Positions 61,273 through 64,000 of a stretch of DNA of 64,000 nt are shown here, piece by piece; the stretch's first letter is position 1, and each line of letters starts with the position of its first letter. Source of the stretch: Squalus acanthias (taxonomy: Eukaryota); contig CM059432.1 in assembly GCA_030390025.1 (NCBI GenBank), positions 27,096,001-27,160,000 on the forward strand. The letters are read 5' to 3'. A program made the position numbers and the translations under genes. The notes under the pieces were generated by a model, which saw only the letters and a list, made by a program, of their open reading frames with translations, was not told where the DNA came from and did not search any database.

Positions 61273-62425
61273 CTTCTCCACAATCACCTGATGCTGCACA
61301 GGACACAGGGCATCAGCACCTGACAACATTGCTGCCCGGGAGGCCAGCGATGGCATCACCATGACCAGATTTACTTCACTTGACGCTGCACACCCTGGCT
61401 GCCACATGATGCGCCAGGTTGACACCACCCCACACCATCACCATAAAGCATCCTGACAATGTCCAAGCCATTCCTTCACACTCATCACAATTGGGGGGAG
61501 GGAGGGGTGGAGTTATGTCTCAACATTCACTGGAACTCACTAAGACACTTCCAAAGGTGAGCACAGATCTGTCCAATAAGGTAAAGTGTTGAAATATAGA
61601 TTTCAATGTTTGACAGCACATTAACAGAAACTTCACATGAACATTGGCTAAACCACCTAGGTGCCTACCCTTGTGTGCTGCTAGTTTGTATGCTTGCAGT
61701 AGGTTGAGGGTGAGTGTGAGGGGTGGCTAGTGAGATGGAGAAGTGATAATGTAGATAGAGAGGGATGGGTGGAGGTGCAAGGTAAGTTTGTGTGAGTAAA
61801 GATGTGCAGGAGTAGGGTAGGGTAGGGCAGAGTGAAGGGAATATGATGAGTGGCACAGCAGGATGAGGTTGAGTGTGGCTTTGCAGTAACATTTTGTGAT
61901 CTACTGAGATCATTGAAAGGTCTGCGCCACTGCAGCCTGGTCCTCCTGACGACATCCCCGCTTGTGCCCTCCTGTGCAATGTGCAACCAGGCTGCGTTGA
62001 TCTCCTGGGAGGTCTCTTCCATCCATGGGAAGGGAAGAGAACCTCCCTGCATGCTGTGACTCCCTCCATGACTCCCTCCATAAGCATATGGAGGGAGTAA
62101 TGGGAGAGCCTGGGTGCAGTTATGAACTTTTGTGCAGTGCTCGTCAGTGTTTGCAGCCCCTCAATGCTGTAGAACACTGACACCAGAACTGTCAAGATCA
62201 ATTTGGACATGGCTTCTTTAAGGAAATTGACTGATGACGTGTCATCAAATGACGTCGTCAGATCCACTTCCTTTTAATTGGCTGGGTACCTCGCAGGGCG
62301 GGCTTAACAAGCCCAATCAATGAAAAATCACTTGGAGAGTGCTGGCTGCAGCAGGCAGCGGGCTGGGACCGTGATACCGACCCTGGCCGCCCCGGACCTG
62401 CCTCGGTTGGTGAAATCGTGGCCTT
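61273..62425 (-). mobile_element. Harbinger remnant with Myb exon
   Basis: Minus strand APRLSHYSLHMLMEGV...REVLFP and AAWLHIAQEGTSGDVVRRTRLQWRRPFNDL. Inverted similarity to 58450-58900. Confidence 0.75.
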
Positions 62426-62429
62426 GGTT

Positions 62430-62900
62430 TGGAAGGTTGAGGTTGATCTAATCAAGGTGTTTAAAATGATAAAGTGATTCGATAGGGTAAATACAGAGAA
62501 ATTATTTCCTCTGGTGGGCGAACAAGGGGGCATAACCTTAAAATTAGAACTGGTCCATTTAGGAGTGAAATCAGGAAGCACTTTTTCATGCAAAGAATAG
62601 TGGAACTCTGGAACTCTGGAACTTGCTCCTCTAAAAGGCTGTAAATGCTGAGTCAATTGAAATTTTAAAGACTGAGATTGGTAGATTTTTGAAATAAAAA
62701 CAGAAAATGCTGGAAATACTCAGCAGGTCAGACAGCATCTGTGGAGAGAGAAACAGAGTTAACGTTTCAGGTCGATGGCCTTTCGTCAGAACTGATAGAT
62801 TTTTGCTAGCCACGGGTATTAAGCGATACAGAGCAAAGGTGGCTAAATGGGGTGGAGGTACAGATCAGCCATGATCTAACTGAATGGCAGAACTACACTT
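62430..62900 (+). mobile_element. CR1 3' fragment
   Basis: DLIKVFKMIK...EKLFPLVG...FRSEIRKHFF and tail CAGATCAGCCATGATCT. Confidence 0.82.
62692..62795 (-). mobile_element. Penelope-derived hammerhead element inside CR1
   Basis: TSD TAGATTTTTG (62682-62691 / 62796-62805). Minus-strand AGTTCTGACGAAAGGCCATCGACCTGAAACGTTAACT. Confidence 0.85.
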
Positions 62901-64000
62901 GTAGTGTCCCCCACCCTTCCACCTCCTCTAACCTAAAGGGGGTGAGTGTATATCAGGAGGCCCGGTGAGTATCTAAACTCACTTTCGCGGGCTTTTGTTT
63001 GCAGAGGCTGCTGTCGGGAGCAGAGAGAGCCGAGGCCCGAGGTTTACCAATCTCAGACCAGCGGCAGCGTTCCAGAGCCACGTTACGATTCAAAACGTGA
63101 CGTGGGCAGGAGGGAGCGGCTGATTGGGTGAGTACGGCAGGTTAGTATTTATACTACTTTATAGTTTGATAGTTAAGGTTCATAGTTTATAAAGTTTCGA
63201 AGATCTTAATTTTGTGATCATAATTTCTAGTGCTAGTAACCAAGGGCCCTTGAGTAATTCATTTAATTGAGTGAAATTGGTGGTATTGATTTGATTTATT
63301 TAAAGTTCAATTAATTAAAGGGTAAGTCATGGCAGGACAGCCCAGCCCCATGTTGTGCTCCTCCTGCTCTATGTGGGAAATCAGGGACCCTTCCGGTGTC
63401 CCTGACGACAATGTGTGCGGGAAGTGTATCCAGCTGCAGCTACTGACAGCCCGCATTGCAGCGCTGGAGCTGCGGCTGGATGCATATTGGAGCATTCGCA
63501 ATGCTGAGAACCTCGTGGATAGCACGTTTAGTGAGTTGGTCACACCGCAGGTGAAGGGTGTACAGGCAGGAAGGGAATGGGTGACCACCAGGCAGAGTAG
63601 GAGGTGCAGGCAGGTAGTGCAGGGGTCCCCTGTGGCCATCCCCCTCTCAAACAGATATACCGCTTTGGATACTGTTGGGGGGGATGACTTAGGAGAAGGC
63701 AGCAGCAGCCAACTTCCTGGCACCATGGGCGGCTCTGCTGCACAGGCTGGGAGGAAAAAGAGTGGAAGAGCTATAGTGATAGGGGACTCAATTGTAAGGG
63801 GAATAGATAGGCGTTTCTGCGGCCGCAACCGAGACTCCAGGATGGTGTGTTGCCTCCCTGGTGCAAGGGTCAAGGACGTCTCGGAGCGGCTACAGAACAT
63901 TTTGGAGGGGGAGGGCGAACAGCCAGCTGTCGTGGTGCACATAGGCACCAACGATATTGGTAAAAAAGGGGATGAGGTCCTAAAAGCAGAATATAGGGAG
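62900..64000 (+). mobile_element. 5' end of a CR1 LINE (5' UTR + ORF1)
   Basis: CpG-containing 5' UTR, then an AT-rich spacer, then ORF1. Confidence 0.88.
63329..64000 (+). CDS. CR1 ORF1 protein (zinc finger/leucine zipper + SGNH esterase-like), runs off the window
   Basis: Manual translation MAGQPSPMLCSSCSMW...VCGKCIQLQLL...LSNRY...VIGDSIVRG...CLPGARV...VHIGTND, with no stop before 64000. It is absent from the ORF track, presumably because it has no stop in the window. Confidence 0.88.
   Translation, partial: MAGQPSPMLCSSCSMWEIRDPSGVPDDNVCGKCIQLQLLTARIAALELRLDAYWSIRNAENLVDSTFSELVTPQVKGVQAGREWVTTRQSRRCRQVVQGSPVAIPLSNRYTALDTVGGDDLGEGSSSQLPGTMGGSAAQAGRKKSGRAIVIGDSIVRGIDRRFCGRNRDSRMVCCLPGARVKDVSERLQNILEGEGEQPAVVVHIGTNDIGKKGDEVLKAEYRE

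Noticed and set aside
56356..62425. One large Harbinger spanning the region
   Set aside because: The candidate termini are not convincing reverse complements, and the Myb remnants lie in opposite orientations.
63307..63951. 214-aa minus-strand ORF
   Set aside because: Antisense shadow of CR1 ORF1.

Overview
Repeat-dense vertebrate genomic DNA, most likely from a cartilaginous fish (inferred from HE1/V-SINE-like and SacSINE1/Deu-like SINEs, abundant CR1 and L2, and Harbinger elements). Only one host coding exon is recognisable: a terminal exon at 10537-10782 (+) matching the ZFAT C-terminus. Positions 1-10536 are therefore probably the last ZFAT intron, and the rest is 3' UTR and intergenic DNA. 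Nearly everything else is nested mobile DNA: CR1, L2 and RTE LINEs, a tRNA-headed single-ORF LINE with its deletion-derived SINE, Harbinger transposons and MITEs (one carries a ~3 kb G/A minisatellite), a hAT MITE, a Gypsy element with both LTRs and a TSD, two solo LTRs, Penelope-derived elements with minimal hammerhead ribozyme motifs, and a decayed retrovirus-like element with dual RNase H. In that last element the env position holds a hydrophobic segment plus an apparent Ig V-type domain. Family assignments come from recognising motifs by eye, not from database searches. Boundaries are approximate unless a TSD or TIR is quoted.
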